Source: Trichosphaerium sp. ATCC 40318
Lineage: Eukaryota; Protista; Tubulinea
Length of the DNA: 64,000 nucleotides
Direction of reading: 5' to 3'
Assembly: GCA_038496445.1 (NCBI GenBank)
Contig: JALMLS010000541.1
Coordinates: forward strand, 124,001 to 188,000
The number at the start of each line of letters is the position of its first letter. Within the stretch, counting starts at the first letter, position 1. The notes under the pieces are model-generated. The model worked only from the letters and a program-made list of their open reading frames with translations, was not told the origin of the DNA and made no database searches. Both the position numbers and the translations under genes were made by a program. Positions 48,741 to 61,576 of this stretch are shown in pieces.

Positions 48741-51700
48741 ATGGCGGAGCCAAAAGCGTCTACCTTAGTTGTAGTACAAAAAGGTTCAATAGTTTGACAT
48801 GTTGAGGTTTTCACACTAAATGTAATAACAGACGGTGATAAACACGGATGGCTAACGGCGGAAGCTTTGTTGGAGGCGAATGATTTTGTTGAACTTGACG
48901 CGCGTTTAATTGGTGGTTTTTTAATCCCTTTGCACTGGACATTAACTGGGGAACCTAGAGTGCTTGTCTCAAGGCGATTTTAAAGCAACACCTAGTCAAA
49001 TTACATTAGGAATAGATTTGAAGTCTGATTTCAAGTACGTACCTTCTTTAAACGCATAACTGATGTGTCATTTTAGACTAGCACGCATAGCAACATCAAA
49101 TCAACCAAAACGTACGTGGGTGTACTCACCACAAGCGCAGAAGCTATTGGTAGACTTTATTAGCAAGTTTCGTCCATGCTGTCAACAAATAAGGTAAACT
49201 AAATTTAACAGGGTATCCACAGCTTGTTTACGTTCTTGTATAGCACCTTTACACGCAATGGACGTATACCAAAGATAATAGCAATAGATACGTCAACTGC
49301 CGTACTGATTGGGCGCTGGCGTTTAGAGAATCTTCCCTCTCACATATTTTACGTACTGGCCAAGTTACTTTTCTTTGAATTAACAAGTTTTGGTTTAGAA
49401 TTCTTCCTCTCCGCTCTACACTGTTCCTAAACCTAAAGTAGCACCTAAAAAAATACCTAGAAAGAGTATTCAGCAACCTAAAAAGAGTACACGTTTAAAA
49501 CAAGGCGCAAACGGAGCGAAGAAAGCGACTAGTAATCGCTCAGCTACAACCTCGGCACCTTTAAAGGTTTTGAAGTCTCCACGAACACCACAACCTACAA
49601 CGGCTAAGAAACAAGTTGCCACGACTTTTTCTTATGCCAACGCACTGCAAGGGAAGAAAAAGCCACCAGCACGTGTTGGCAAACAGCAAAAAGATGTTGT
49701 ATTTTATCAAGCACGAAAGAGTAATTCTCCGAAGAATCAGAAGCCAAAAAGAGCTAGTCCTAAGAAAACGTCGTCATCAACATTTTCTTATGCAAGTGCT
49801 GTTCAATACAAGGAAAAACCCAAGGCTTCTAAACCAAAGAAACAAGCTGTTACAAAGAAACAAAGCGCGCAAGCTAGGAAACAACAACAGCAACATTTAG
49901 AAAATGTGAGAAATGGATTAACATCAAAGAAAAAACGTGATGCTGAACAGTTTTCTCTTGATCAACTTATGCGATCTAGCAATAAATATAACGTACGTTA
50001 CCTCGTCCAGGGCGTAATATATTTTTGAAAACACAAGACACGTTGGAGTGTAACTAAGAGTAAAACTTCAACTAATTTTTTTGTACAGGACAACTCCAAC
50101 AAACGATTAGAACAGCTTTCTGGGTCAGAATTGAACACCTACTTGATGGCCCAAGGAAATACAATAACATTCAAGCACGTTGATTAATACTAGACAATAT
50201 TGTTGTTTGTTGAGGTGAAGCTAATGCTTTAACAAAAGAGGAAAGCAAAGAGAAAAGCCTAAGTTTAAGAAACCTACAAAACTGAAACTAGCGATTCTTG
50301 AGAATCGTAAAGAACAGTTCTTGGAGTTGCTTAAACAGCGTGGTGTTGATGTTGATAACTTACCAGAAGATGAGCTTGTAGCTATCATTGAAAAAGCCCT
50401 AGAAGAATTTCCTGTAAGTCTACAATTTTTTTCTTGTTTTTTTCTGATGTTGGAAAATGCTTGAACGCTCACTGGATTTTAGACAAAAAAAGATACAAAG
50501 GATACAACGATAAATAGCGATAATCAACGTAGACTTAAAGTAATAAAACAAATACCAGTACTAAATGCACTACCATCAAGACGAAGGTACCAAAAACCTC
50601 AAAAAATGATTTGACCGCTAACTTTTTTTACATCTAGTTTTTGTGATCAATTGTTGACCAAAGACCTTGATGGACTGATCACAGCTTACTTGCAAAAACT
50701 TGGTACTATAAACCAACGGCTTCGTGCAGATCCTAAGAAGGTATGTAATATATTTTGTTCGCTATATTAACCAGCTGTTGTTAAGTACCGTGACAGAAAA
50801 CGGTTCGTTGCAGGTTTCAGAGAAGTTTCAAGAAGAGTAAAATCTGGTCGTGTTTTTTTAGTTTTTATGGCTCCTAGTGTAGAACAGAGTGGTCAAGGTG
50901 AGTAAAGAATATTGCATACATGTATCATATTTAAGCGATACATTAGGCGGTTTGGATGAGGCTATAACGCGGTTAAAGTCTCTTTGTATAGAGTTTAAAG
51001 TTCCATTGATTTTTGGATTATCAAAAAAGAAGCTTGGACAGGTAACATTTTTTGAGATGCTGCAAGACGAGATCTAACGTTTCTTTTTTGTAGTGTATAG
51101 GAAAGAAAACACCTTTTAGTATTATAGGCATTTTAGCTGTAGAGGGTATGCCTAAAAGTGAAACCGACGATATTGTGAAATTGGCAAATAGGAACAAGTA
51201 TGTACAGCTTTTTTTTTAAGTCCTTTCCTTTTCTTGGCTACCTTTGTTTTTGTTCGCGATTTCTTACTCTGAATATTTACCCACTACACTAGGATTTTAT
51301 TTTGTTTACAACAGAGGTTCATAGAAAGGCGTGAAGGCATTGACTATGCGTTTAAAAACCCAGAAATTGTACGTGTTTTTTGTGATTGGTTTTTTTTGGT
51401 TTCGCTTTTTCTTTATCGAAACTTATTATTACGGATGACTAAGTGCTGATATATTTCCTTAGCTTGTTGAAGAACGTGTACCTTTCTTTGGTAAAGTATT
51501 AAATCACTTTGAATCACGGAAGGAAATAGAACTATACCATGAGTTAAACGATGAACAACTGACGGAGGCTCTACAAAATCATTTGAGTTCCAAAGAAAGT
51601 GATAAGTCATGGACAGTCTTTATCTCGCTTTCTCCTTTCAAATGTCCATTGACTGTTGTAATAAGTGTAGACCCATCAAAAACAGTTAGTGTCATAAAGG

Positions 51701-52157
51701 TATGAACTTAACTGCTTGATTTTTTGTTGATTTTTTCAAATAGGAAAAACTTGAAGGTACTTTTAAGTGGTTGAGCATTGCTGCAGAAAAAGTAGTCTTA
51801 GTAATGATGAGTCGTATCTTAAGAGATGATTTACAAATATCACTTTGTATACCAGGTGAATATTGTACTATAAATGTATATGGAAGTCTCAAACATGCTC
51901 AAAAGGTAAGTGTTTTTTTTTTCAAAAGTTTTTATCAAACCGGACCATCTCATAGTTCTCAGTGCGATATACTTATCTACTAGTATACTGAGGGAACTTT
52001 GAATATATGGCTACCAGTTCGAGAGACTATGGTGTTAATTAAGGATCTGTTTAGGCCTTTGTACAAACAACTTGATCAACGTTTTTTCACGAAGAGGAAA
52101 CAAAAGGATGCATGGAGTCAAAGAAAACACTACCCAAAACGCAAAAAATATGCGTAG
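48741..52157 (+). CDS. SECISBP2: SECIS-binding protein 2 (selenocysteine insertion factor) with N- and C-terminal extensions
   Basis: K-rich SID motif KRGKQREKPKFKKPTKLKLAILENR, then FCDQLLTKDLDGLI...KRFVAGFREV...APSVEQ...GGLDEAI...VPLIFGLSKKKLG...FSIIGI, the SBP2-type L7Ae domain. Confidence 0.85.
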
Positions 52158-52352
52158 AAACGCATATGTTCAAACTTGTATTTATTGTAAAAAGAAAATA
52201 CTACTGGAATCATTCTCGTTCTTGGTGTTACTCATAAAACTAAAACCTGAGGAATTGACACAGATTATCGATAAAAAACTATTAAAGATAATTGATTTTT
52301 GATTTCAGTTTTTTGGTTTTATTCATCACTGTGAAAATGTAGTTTTCTTTGA

Positions 52353-54392
52353 CTAGCATAAACTGTTGTAATTACATGCTGGAATCCATAATCCAACCTA
52401 TGAGGATGAAAAAAGTGTGAATTGTACAAACCAGTATTTGCTAGCTGCCCGACTTTGAGAGCTACACAAACATGTTTTAAGGGCTGTTGACTGTCATATG
52501 GGTATCCAGTAATGGAAAATTCTAGAAGTGACAGAAATCTTGGATTTCAACAAGGTTACACTTGATAGTACATGCATTTATAGAATACAGCTTTAAGTCT
52601 CTTTTCATTCTGTAGCACATGTTGTTTATTTAAATACTAAGCTTGCAAGATAGGTCCACTTGTTTTCAAGGTACATACGGTTTTAAACACCCAGACATTG
52701 CATGTTCACTAAGTTTTTGGCACATAGACGCTTGGCTATTCTTAGAAAACCGTTCTTGTCGTGGATCACTACAAAGGAAAAATTAATATTAAACAAAAAA
52801 GTACATTTGTTGTACGTTGTATGCCACACTCCTTGTTCCAAAATGCCATCATCATCGTTTGGAGCACCGCCTATTCTCCCAATAGTCCACCCAAGATGTC
52901 GTCTAGTATATGTAGGAGTGCGATAGTTAATAATTGTTGCTGGCTATAAAAACACAATTGTTAATAAGTATTCCTCCGAAATAATATCGTCAAGATACTT
53001 ACCGTAGACTTGCAAAATTGTCCACCCGATACAACAAAATCTTTACAATTATGAAACAACACAGCTATTGTTGAGGTGCCACAACATTGAGGTATTGCGT
53101 TTGGATCAGCAAAAAACTGCCAAGGATTTGTATTGCATTCTGGGGAGTCACGCTCATTGTTCCATAGCACATGGCCTATGTGGTGTGTTAAGTTAAAAAT
53201 AACCTTGCTATATACCTGTTGTTGTGTAGATTATAGCGTTTTCTATTGTCACGTGAGCATTCTAAAATAAACAAATGAGTCAATCTAATTTTGTTGTAGT
53301 TCAAAAATGTTTACCACGTCAGATTCGTAGAACACATTGATACCCATCACCACTAAGTAACAATCAATTAGTTCAAGAAGCTTCAGTGTATAGTAAGAAT
53401 ACCTTCTGCGACGTAACCTGCAGCTTTTTCAACACTTGCTCCAGTAGCTCTGTAGTATGCTACGGTTATAGCTAAACTCTTAACAGAATGTGATGAGTTA
53501 ATACTCAAGTATAGTACGCACAATAGTAATCTCTTGCATTTCTGAGGGACAAGTTTCTGGTGGAGGTGACACAGGAAGTGTAGCCCCTTGAGGATAGCCT
53601 CTTTTTTGATTTTTAGGGTTTCTACGAAGAATGAGGAGTCAAAAAATAATATGTTTTACTCAAACAACGTACTTGAACACCAAGTGATCACCAGGTCCAA
53701 TCAAAGACTTGTGATGAGGACGCATGAACGAGACATGTCTAGTTTTGTTCATTAAAAGACTTAGTATGATATCGAATTTGGTACCTATCCAGCGCATCGA
53801 AGAAGTGCCAATCACCATGTTTAGATTGCCAGAAGCCAGAGAAAGTACCATCAGAATATTGAGTAACTCGAAAATGTTGATGGTTCTCTCCAATTGCTTT
53901 GAACGTATTTGAAGGTGCATCCATAACTGTCACGTTGTTTTCGTTTTGAATGGTAATCTAAAATTGGGTTAATACAGCGCACGTGATTTTTTTCAGTTTT
54001 GTATCGTCATTATCTTCCAAACGTGATTATACCTTTGTATTCCTTGCGAAAGGGGAGTGTTTAATACACTTGAAGCTCAAAGTCTTGTTTGTTTTGAAAT
54101 ACAGTACGACATTATGTTTTTTTGATTCTACAGGCTGGTTTGCATCCACGTGCGTCAGGGATACTGTTTAATGCGTAAATATCAACGAATCAAAGGGCAA
54201 CTTACTTTTCGAAATAACATCAAATTCGTCCATATTGTCCCAAAACTCTTGGTTATATCCCCACGTGAATGTGGTAAATATAAAGATACCTAATTAACCC
54301 ATTTATTTTAGTATTCCATTTCATACAGTAAAGGTAACGGCTACCCAGTCAGTTGGAAATTACGTACCCAAAGTTACGAGAAGCTTCCACAT
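52353..54392 (-). CDS. Secreted reprolysin/ADAM-like (M12B) protein with degenerate zinc-binding motif
   Basis: Signal peptide, prodomain-like region (DGTFSGFW), ITISLAITVAYY...VVMGINVFYESDV as in the M12B catalytic N-terminus, LFHN, then LGWTIGRIGGAPND where AHELGHxFGxxHD is expected; Cys-rich tail. Confidence 0.6.
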
Positions 54393-54853
54393 GTTTGTTA
54401 GTTTGTTAGTGATGTGCGAAAAAGTATTTCCAGATTTTCAAACCTAAAAGTTTTTTGTGGTCTTGTAGGTTTTCGCAACACTCTCATACAAAGGGGCGTT
54501 CAAACCGTATTTATTTTCGCTTACCACGATTGCTTACACAAAAACGGTTAGATACCTATCGTCATTGGCTCCTACATACAACACCTCACATTGTTGTTTT
54601 ATTCAAAGTCACAGACATACAATAAAACCCGAACCAAAAAAAACTGTCGAGTTCTATTAGAAGCTTGATTTCGCCAATTACACCCGCCACGCCATTTGAG
54701 TTCAGTTTTATTCATCAATGTAATATGTAGTTTGCTTTAACAAGCATAAAATGTTTTAATTATATACTGGTATCCATATTCCAAGCTGTGTGGATGAAAA
54801 AGGTGTGGGTTTATGAGTAATGACGAACTAAAAATTGGCCATTTCTAGAGTTG

Positions 54854-55999
54854 CTACAGGAAAGGACCCCAATCCCACCACTCTGTACACCACCTTTCTA
54901 TTTTGGGGTAGCACTCAGGTTCATTGACTATAGTAATATGTGAACCTAGCGCAAGAAGACCTTCATCCGTTACTGAAGTATAAGTCACATCGATGGAATG
55001 TAATCCAACAAGTGACTTGATGCCTTTATCTGTTATAGCTTCACAACAACGAAGACTAATAGTGTGAACGCCAGCAAGTGATTTAATTCCTTCATCTGTC
55101 ACTCTTCTACAGCCATTAAGGCATATCTCATGAACGCCCTTCAATGCCATGAGACCATCATCAGATACTGAAGTTCCTCTAAGTTTAATAGTATGAACTC
55201 CAGCAAGTGCCGAAATACCATCTGTCAATTGTTTACAACAATTCAAGTTGATACAATGTACCCCAGCCAATGATCTAACACCCTCATCAGTGACGTTTGT
55301 GCGTTCAAGCTCAATGCTATAGACTCCAGCTAAACACTTTATCCCATTATCTGTAATCTTAGTATAGCTAATGTTGATAGTGTGGACCCCTGCAAGTGCT
55401 TGTAGTGAACTGTCAGTTATACTCGTCCTTTCAAGCCCAATAGTGTGAACGCCAGCCAATGGTATCACACCTCTGTCTGTAACTCTAGTGAAGCTCAAGT
55501 CAATTGTATGTACGCCTGCAAGACTCTGTATACTATCATCAGTAATATTACACCCTGCTAAGTTAACAGTGTGTATACCTGATAATAGAAGAACAGTAGC
55601 GTCTGAAATCCATTTGCAAAAGCTTAAGTTTATCCGCTTAACACCATCTAGAAGCCTCATTTCCTTGTCTGTAATAGTTGCGTAAGGTATAAGATATGTG
55701 GATCGTAGGGTCCCAGGCCATTTAGATATTTTTTCCAACATGATGATGTCCTTAATTTTGATCCTTGTGTAGCCTACAAGACAGCGAACAACATTTGATA
55801 AAAAATGACATGTTTGGGCAACAGCAAAGCGATCTCTGTCGATTAATCTTTTTAAAATCGTGTATGCTATTTCTGATGGGCAGTCTAGTAAGCAGTAAGG
55901 TTGGTCTATAGCCGTGGTAGGTCTATTTAACGTTAATACAGTATTATGTACATTATTAGTTCCCCTATACCTTTTTTTATTTGAATACGGCACTGACAT
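54854..55999 (-). CDS. Intronless F-box/leucine-rich-repeat protein
   Basis: F-box LLDCPSEIAYTILKRL...AQTC followed by about 11 repeats of ITDxGIxxLAGVHTIxL. Confidence 0.9.
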   Translation of the reverse strand: MSVPYSNKKRYRGTNNVHNTVLTLNRPTTAIDQPYCLLDCPSEIAYTILKRLIDRDRFAVAQTCHFLSNVVRCLVGYTRIKIKDIIMLEKISKWPGTLRSTYLIPYATITDKEMRLLDGVKRINLSFCKWISDATVLLLSGIHTVNLAGCNITDDSIQSLAGVHTIDLSFTRVTDRGVIPLAGVHTIGLERTSITDSSLQALAGVHTINISYTKITDNGIKCLAGVYSIELERTNVTDEGVRSLAGVHCINLNCCKQLTDGISALAGVHTIKLRGTSVSDDGLMALKGVHEICLNGCRRVTDEGIKSLAGVHTISLRCCEAITDKGIKSLVGLHSIDVTYTSVTDEGLLALGSHITIVNEPECYPKIERWCTEWWDWGPFL

Positions 56000-56419
56000 G
56001 CAGTGTCTGTTGAAAGCTAGAAGTTTGGCTACTTTGACATCTCTATGCTTTTGTTATTAAGTTGGGTATATTACGCACTAGCGAAATGGAGTATACTCTT
56101 GGTCATGCGGTTTGATGACTATCTAGTAGTTATGTTATCCTGTCATATTGTCCATCGCAAGCGAGTGTGAAAAAATCTAGAACCACCAAATGATGTTTTC
56201 GATTAAATGTCAAGAGTTTATTGGTTGGAAACCACGTCTCAAAACGCGGGTATTTTTGGCGCGATGGGTAGGGTTACACAGTGGCTTTTTGAGCTGATGT
56301 GAAGTATTTTTTCGATTCCACCACCAAGTTGAGAAAATGGAATGTAACTGGTGATTTATCAGGGCAAAGTCTACGACCAAACATAAATTTTAGTATTAAC
56401 AACCTAAAACACGTGATTC

Positions 56420-58247
56420 ATGGCAGAACCTCAAACTTCAGAGGTTAATTTACAACATGTTAACCGTTTGGCCGCTGGTGTACAACATTCAATGGTAATC
56501 GCAGATGATGGCTTTATTTACACGTGGGGACGAAACAATGAGCGCCAATTGGGTAATACGGACGAAAATTCGAGTTCTATCGCCAGACCAATAAAGACAC
56601 TCATAAACATCGTCTGTATCGCTGCTGGATGCTTGCATAGCCTTGCAGTTGATTCAAATGGTATCGTTTATTCGTGGGGCCACAATAAGCATGGCGAATT
56701 AGGTGTCGGTCACTTTTCTTCACCTGTGTCGTCACCAACACGTGTTCCAAATCTCCCACAAATCACTCAAGTCACAACCTATTATGCTAGTATGGCGTTA
56801 TCACAAACAGGTCATATCTACTCTTGGGGAAACAACACAAATCATGGATTGGGTCATTCGTTCAACATGGAGAAAGTAAAGTCACCAAAACGTATTCCAA
56901 GTCTAGATCACGTCAAGAAATTTCAAACTAATCGCTATGTAAGTGGAGCAATTACATCAACAGGTCGTGTCTTTCTTTGGGGGGCAACAGAGGATGAAGC
57001 AGGAGATAGATCATTATTCTTGAATCCAAACACGATTTCACTTGTTCCGAACATCTCAGATGCCACTGATCTTTCCATCGGTGATGAGCATGTACTTGTT
57101 CTCCTCAAGTCAGCACAAGTATTTTCTTTTGGACACAACTATGTTGGGCAGCTTGGGTTGGGTACTGACGACAAGTATGGCCAAGGTATCATCACAGGAC
57201 TCAATAACATCATATCTCTCCATGCTGGTCTTAAGTCAGCATTTGCAATTGATGATGACGGTTGCTTGTTTGGTTGGGGTCAAGGCAAATGGTTTGGTGT
57301 GTTTGAATCAAACAAACCAGTAAAATTACATGGAAAATATCTTGAGTTTTCTAATAAACACTTTCATTACTTGGCAATATCTCATGACTTTCACTTGGTT
57401 ACAGATGGTTTTCACTTTATTGATTGCGACAAATCAGAAGCAAAAAAATTGACATTCGGCAAACGCAAAAAGGTAATTTTATCACTTGATATTAGCTTGT
57501 TGTTTAAGGATTTGTTTGGGTATTCAAAACTGAAATGGACACTTTAGAAGAGATGCGTAAAGAGTTGAAACAAGACCCAAATCGCAAATACTTGTCAATT
57601 GATGGCGGTAGAGAGACCAAGTTTGGCCGAGAATACACCAAGTTTGGAGATGTTCCAGAGCACCTTGATATGATCAAAGATGCCCTTGAAGCCTTTGAAA
57701 TACAACAAAATGAAGAAAACTACTTTAATGTACGTTACAACCAAAAACAAAGAGAAAAGTACATATTCCTTAATGAGTCTTAATAGCCTCACAATGATCC
57801 AAGTGACGGCATTTTATCATCGCCCGACAAATCTAAAATAACTCCATCACATCTTGATGTTCATGTGGTATTACCTGACGAGTCATGGATTGACAAACCC
57901 AATGTTTCAGTTGTTGTTGACACCAAGGTATTTACTTTAAATGCGCTGTGTGGGTTTGGTTCGTATGAAATAACTTTATTTAGCCAACATTCCTTCAACC
58001 ATGTGATACCAAATCAGCTGCTACTTCAACTGCTCCAACACAAATACTCCAAAACCTCGAACCTGATTGGGTACAAGTTTTGGTGAGCTTGGGTATCACA
58101 AGTGAAAGAGCCCAAGAGCTTGGATCATTGATGAATGAGCTTGGTATTCAACTGAATGAAATTGATCAAAATGTGTTGAAAGAACTTGAATTCAGCTTGA
58201 TGGAACGTATCAAGATAACAAAAGCAAAGCGAAATAACCTTTTTTAG
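56420..58247 (+). CDS. RCC1-repeat protein with C-terminal SAM-like domain
   Basis: RCC1 blades (AAGVQHSM, YTWGRNNERQLG, AAGCLHSLA, SWGHNKHGELG). Later exons end WVQVLVSLGI...LMNELGIQLNEIDQNVLKELEFSLMERIKI. Phase of the first intron is not fully resolved. Confidence 0.8.
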
Positions 58248-58315
58248 TGGTAGTGAATATGTTTGCAATTCCAGAATAGAAATGAACATTAGAAATATTC
58301 AGTTTGATTTATTGT

Positions 58316-60265
58316 TTAAAATGATACTGTTTTAGTGTACACGACGTCAGTTCCTTTATGTATCTTGACTTCTATTGTTTGAGGTGTAGATGCAGTTGTA
58401 GCGTTTACAGTACCAAAGAAGTTACCTGATCTATCAAGGAACAATTGCTTTGAAAAAAGTGAGATTATCGACAGTCGGTAAAATACTTAATACCTTTGTG
58501 CCATCACCAGGATCTGCTGGAGCTTTGTCTCCAAAGTCTCCAAATATAACATCCACTGGAGATGTTGAAAATTCAAAAAGACCAGGTCTGAGTTCCCAGA
58601 CAGCTGCAAAATGTCTGTCCGCTGAGAACAACACAACTGAAATATTATTATTTGAAATGAAGTCTAAAATCTCATTAAGCTCTGTTCTGTAAGCTCCCCA
58701 TGTATCACCAGCATTCCAAGGACTGAAAGGAGGTCCTGACATCAAAATCTAGAAGATTGTATTAGAAGTAGAACCAAGAAAAAGAGTTTATGCAAACAAT
58801 ATGACAGTGCGTAGTAACAGCTACCTTGATCGATGAAGGATCATTTTCAAGCCAATTGAATAGCGCTGCTTTTTGTACTGATCCAATCATTGTTTTACCA
58901 GGACCATCGCTATCTTTAACAGGGCTTCGGTATCTTTTAGTATCCAGTACAAAGAATCCTACTTCTGAAACTTGATACGTGAAATAGTAAACATCGCCTA
59001 TTGTTCGAATTAAAAAAAAGTAGTCATATTATAAAACGTACTTGATACAGGTTGTGGGTTACCGTTTCCAACATATTCAGTCCATGCTTTCATTGCATCA
59101 GGATATGGAGCCTCTTCTTTGTTATCCCAGTTATTTTTAATCTCGTGATCGTCGTCTAAATATCAGAGTCAATATTGTTGATAAAGTTCTAAAGCGTACA
59201 AATGTGAAACATTGGTATGTTTTCTGCAAGAGACCGAACTACGTCATTGTTCAGGTATCGTCTATACATGCGTCTGTAATCATCAACATCTTCTCCTTGT
59301 TTAGGTGTTAAATAGGTGTTTGTGATAGTTTATAAAAAGGTGAAAACAGTTACCCAAGAGAAGTGGTACATCAGCATAGATGTAGTCTCCAAGATGAACA
59401 TGGAACTCAGGCTTTACATTAACGAGGTCTGTCACACTTGAATACTGTTAGCAACATGAATGCAATTATATAGTCTTACCTGTCTGGGCTCGAGTATGGA
59501 GCTATGAAGAGACAAGAAGCAACTGTGAAGGTAAAGGTGCCTTGTTGGGTTGGAGCAAGAAGTGTTGTGAATGTACGAGAAGAGCTGTTCTTTATTCCAT
59601 TGTCATAAACGAAGGTGTAAGTGTACTGAGTGTTTGGTGAGAGTCCATCGATTTTGACTGTAGCTGTGAAATCGTTTGATTCAAGAATGGATACAGGAGA
59701 TGTCGTGTTGAGACCATAGTTGATTTGCTGCGAAAAAAATGAGAACTGTGCTTTGACGTTTTTGCTCTTTGAGTACTTACCACAGTTGAAAAGTCTCTAT
59801 TTCTAATGACGAACGAAGCTTCTGATGAAGAAATTGCTGGCAACACAATAAGCATTTTATAAAATATCACGTGCCAATCACATGGCGAACGAAAAGTACA
59901 ACTTGAGAAGAAAAAGCCGAAAAAAAAACTGAGTTTGCCAAAAAACTGTGCGTACAACCACGAACTTCGAAAGATAAGTCATCGTTTGGGTATAGACTCG
60001 CATGATAAGTGTACGTAATAGTCACCAAAAAACATATGAGAACTGTTATAAACAAGACGCTCAATACAGAAATAACAGCTGTAACGATTCCTACATCTAC
60101 ACAACAGTTTATACCAGGTTTAGTAGTGGAAGGAAAAAACGGCCTACTTTTTCCACTACACGCGGCTATTGATCCTAATACGCATGCTACAATAAGTAGG
60201 AAAAGTAGTATTCCCCAAATGACAAATATGCCAATTGCTATTTGCCCAAAAGGCAGCGCCACCAT
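58316..60265 (-). CDS. Alkaline phosphatase D (PhoD) family with two N-terminal TM segments
   Basis: TFTVASC, HLGDYIYAD, DDHEIKNNWD, FFVLDTKRYRS, MIGSVQK, DTWGAYRTE, FSADRH. Confidence 0.9.
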
Positions 60266-60913
60266 GAATACAATTGTTCTTAAATTATCCAGTAAGCGAG
60301 AACTAAAAAAACCAACTTTGGAGAAAACGTACAATATCCATACAGCAATAGATGATAGTATGTATAATATGCTTATACCATAAAGCGAATTTGTTAAACA
60401 CGAGCTAAATAAAATAAGCACGCGACGCCCAGTTTGGAAGAAAAATCCATAAACCCGGAACAACAACCAAACGTGTATTTTGATTGTTCTTAAGGGTTTC
60501 TATCGAATTTACAACTGAAAAAGATCATGGTATGTTTTATGCTTTTAAAAGATGACCCGAGTGTATAGTTAGGCCAACTAGTACTATGCCTTACCTGTCA
60601 CACATGTTGTCTGGGCCAAGAAAATAAAGTTTGTTTAAAAGTGACACGCGCCAATCAACAAATGTCCACTATAGTCCGACTGTTAAACAACTTTAATTTG
60701 GCTTGGTGTAAAAAAGCCCACAGCCACTACAGGTAGCGTGTTCGTACAATAGAGAAATAAGGATGTTTTAATACTCCACGCTTACTAAATATTTGAGTAT
60801 CCCAGTGGATAAGCGGTCAAATACAAATCCCGTTGTTGGAAAATTATATTCCGGAAATCCTTTGTCTTTACATGGATAAGCATTACGGTTTTTTTACATC
60901 ACCTGCTTTGAGA

Positions 60914-61540
60914 ATGGAATCGGGGCCAGCAAAAATACAAGCTATAAATAAAAATGACTAGTCCATAAAGTTCAAACAGTCGTCTTCGAATCTAACTACA
61001 AGAGGTTCAGCCTGTCCTCGATGGGACTCTCGTGGTCTTTACTCTTCATTTGCTGTTGCATTAGCAGCGTTTGGTATGTCCTTGTTAGCCTATTTGTTTC
61101 CGTACAACAGACCAATATTTATTCTTAGTAAGAAAAAAGCAAGAAACTAATGCAATTAAAAATCATTCTAGGTTAATTTATGAAGCCCAAACGATAACAA
61201 GAGTGCTTGTATGTAAGTAGTGCCTATCTATTGTACTGAAACTATAGCGCTGATTGTGGTATATCTTGGACTCATGCCGTACCCGTTGTGTCTCGGGTTA
61301 TACCCTAAATATCTTCAATTCATCAATATTCGGGCGATGGACGACAAAGAGTAATTAATACTTGATGTACACAATTACACCTTCCTAAAACCCAAGGGAT
61401 TATTTTTCCGTTTTGTATACACTCCTTGTTTCGCTTAGGTTGGGTAAATATACCCTAACTGTTTTCGGGTCCGATCGCCTTTCAACAAAAAAATTGCAAC
61501 ATGCATAAACCCACTTTGCTATTTACTACTTATTGAGTAA
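60914..61540 (+). pseudogene. Degraded hydrophobic (membrane-protein-like) coding remnant
   Basis: ATG 60914 meets an in-frame TAG at about 60959, then RGLYSSFAVALAAFGMSLLAYLFPYNRPIFIL and further TM-like fragments that cannot be spliced in phase. Confidence 0.35.
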
Positions 61541-61576
61541 AGTGCACCTATTCTATTGATATAATAATAAAACCAC

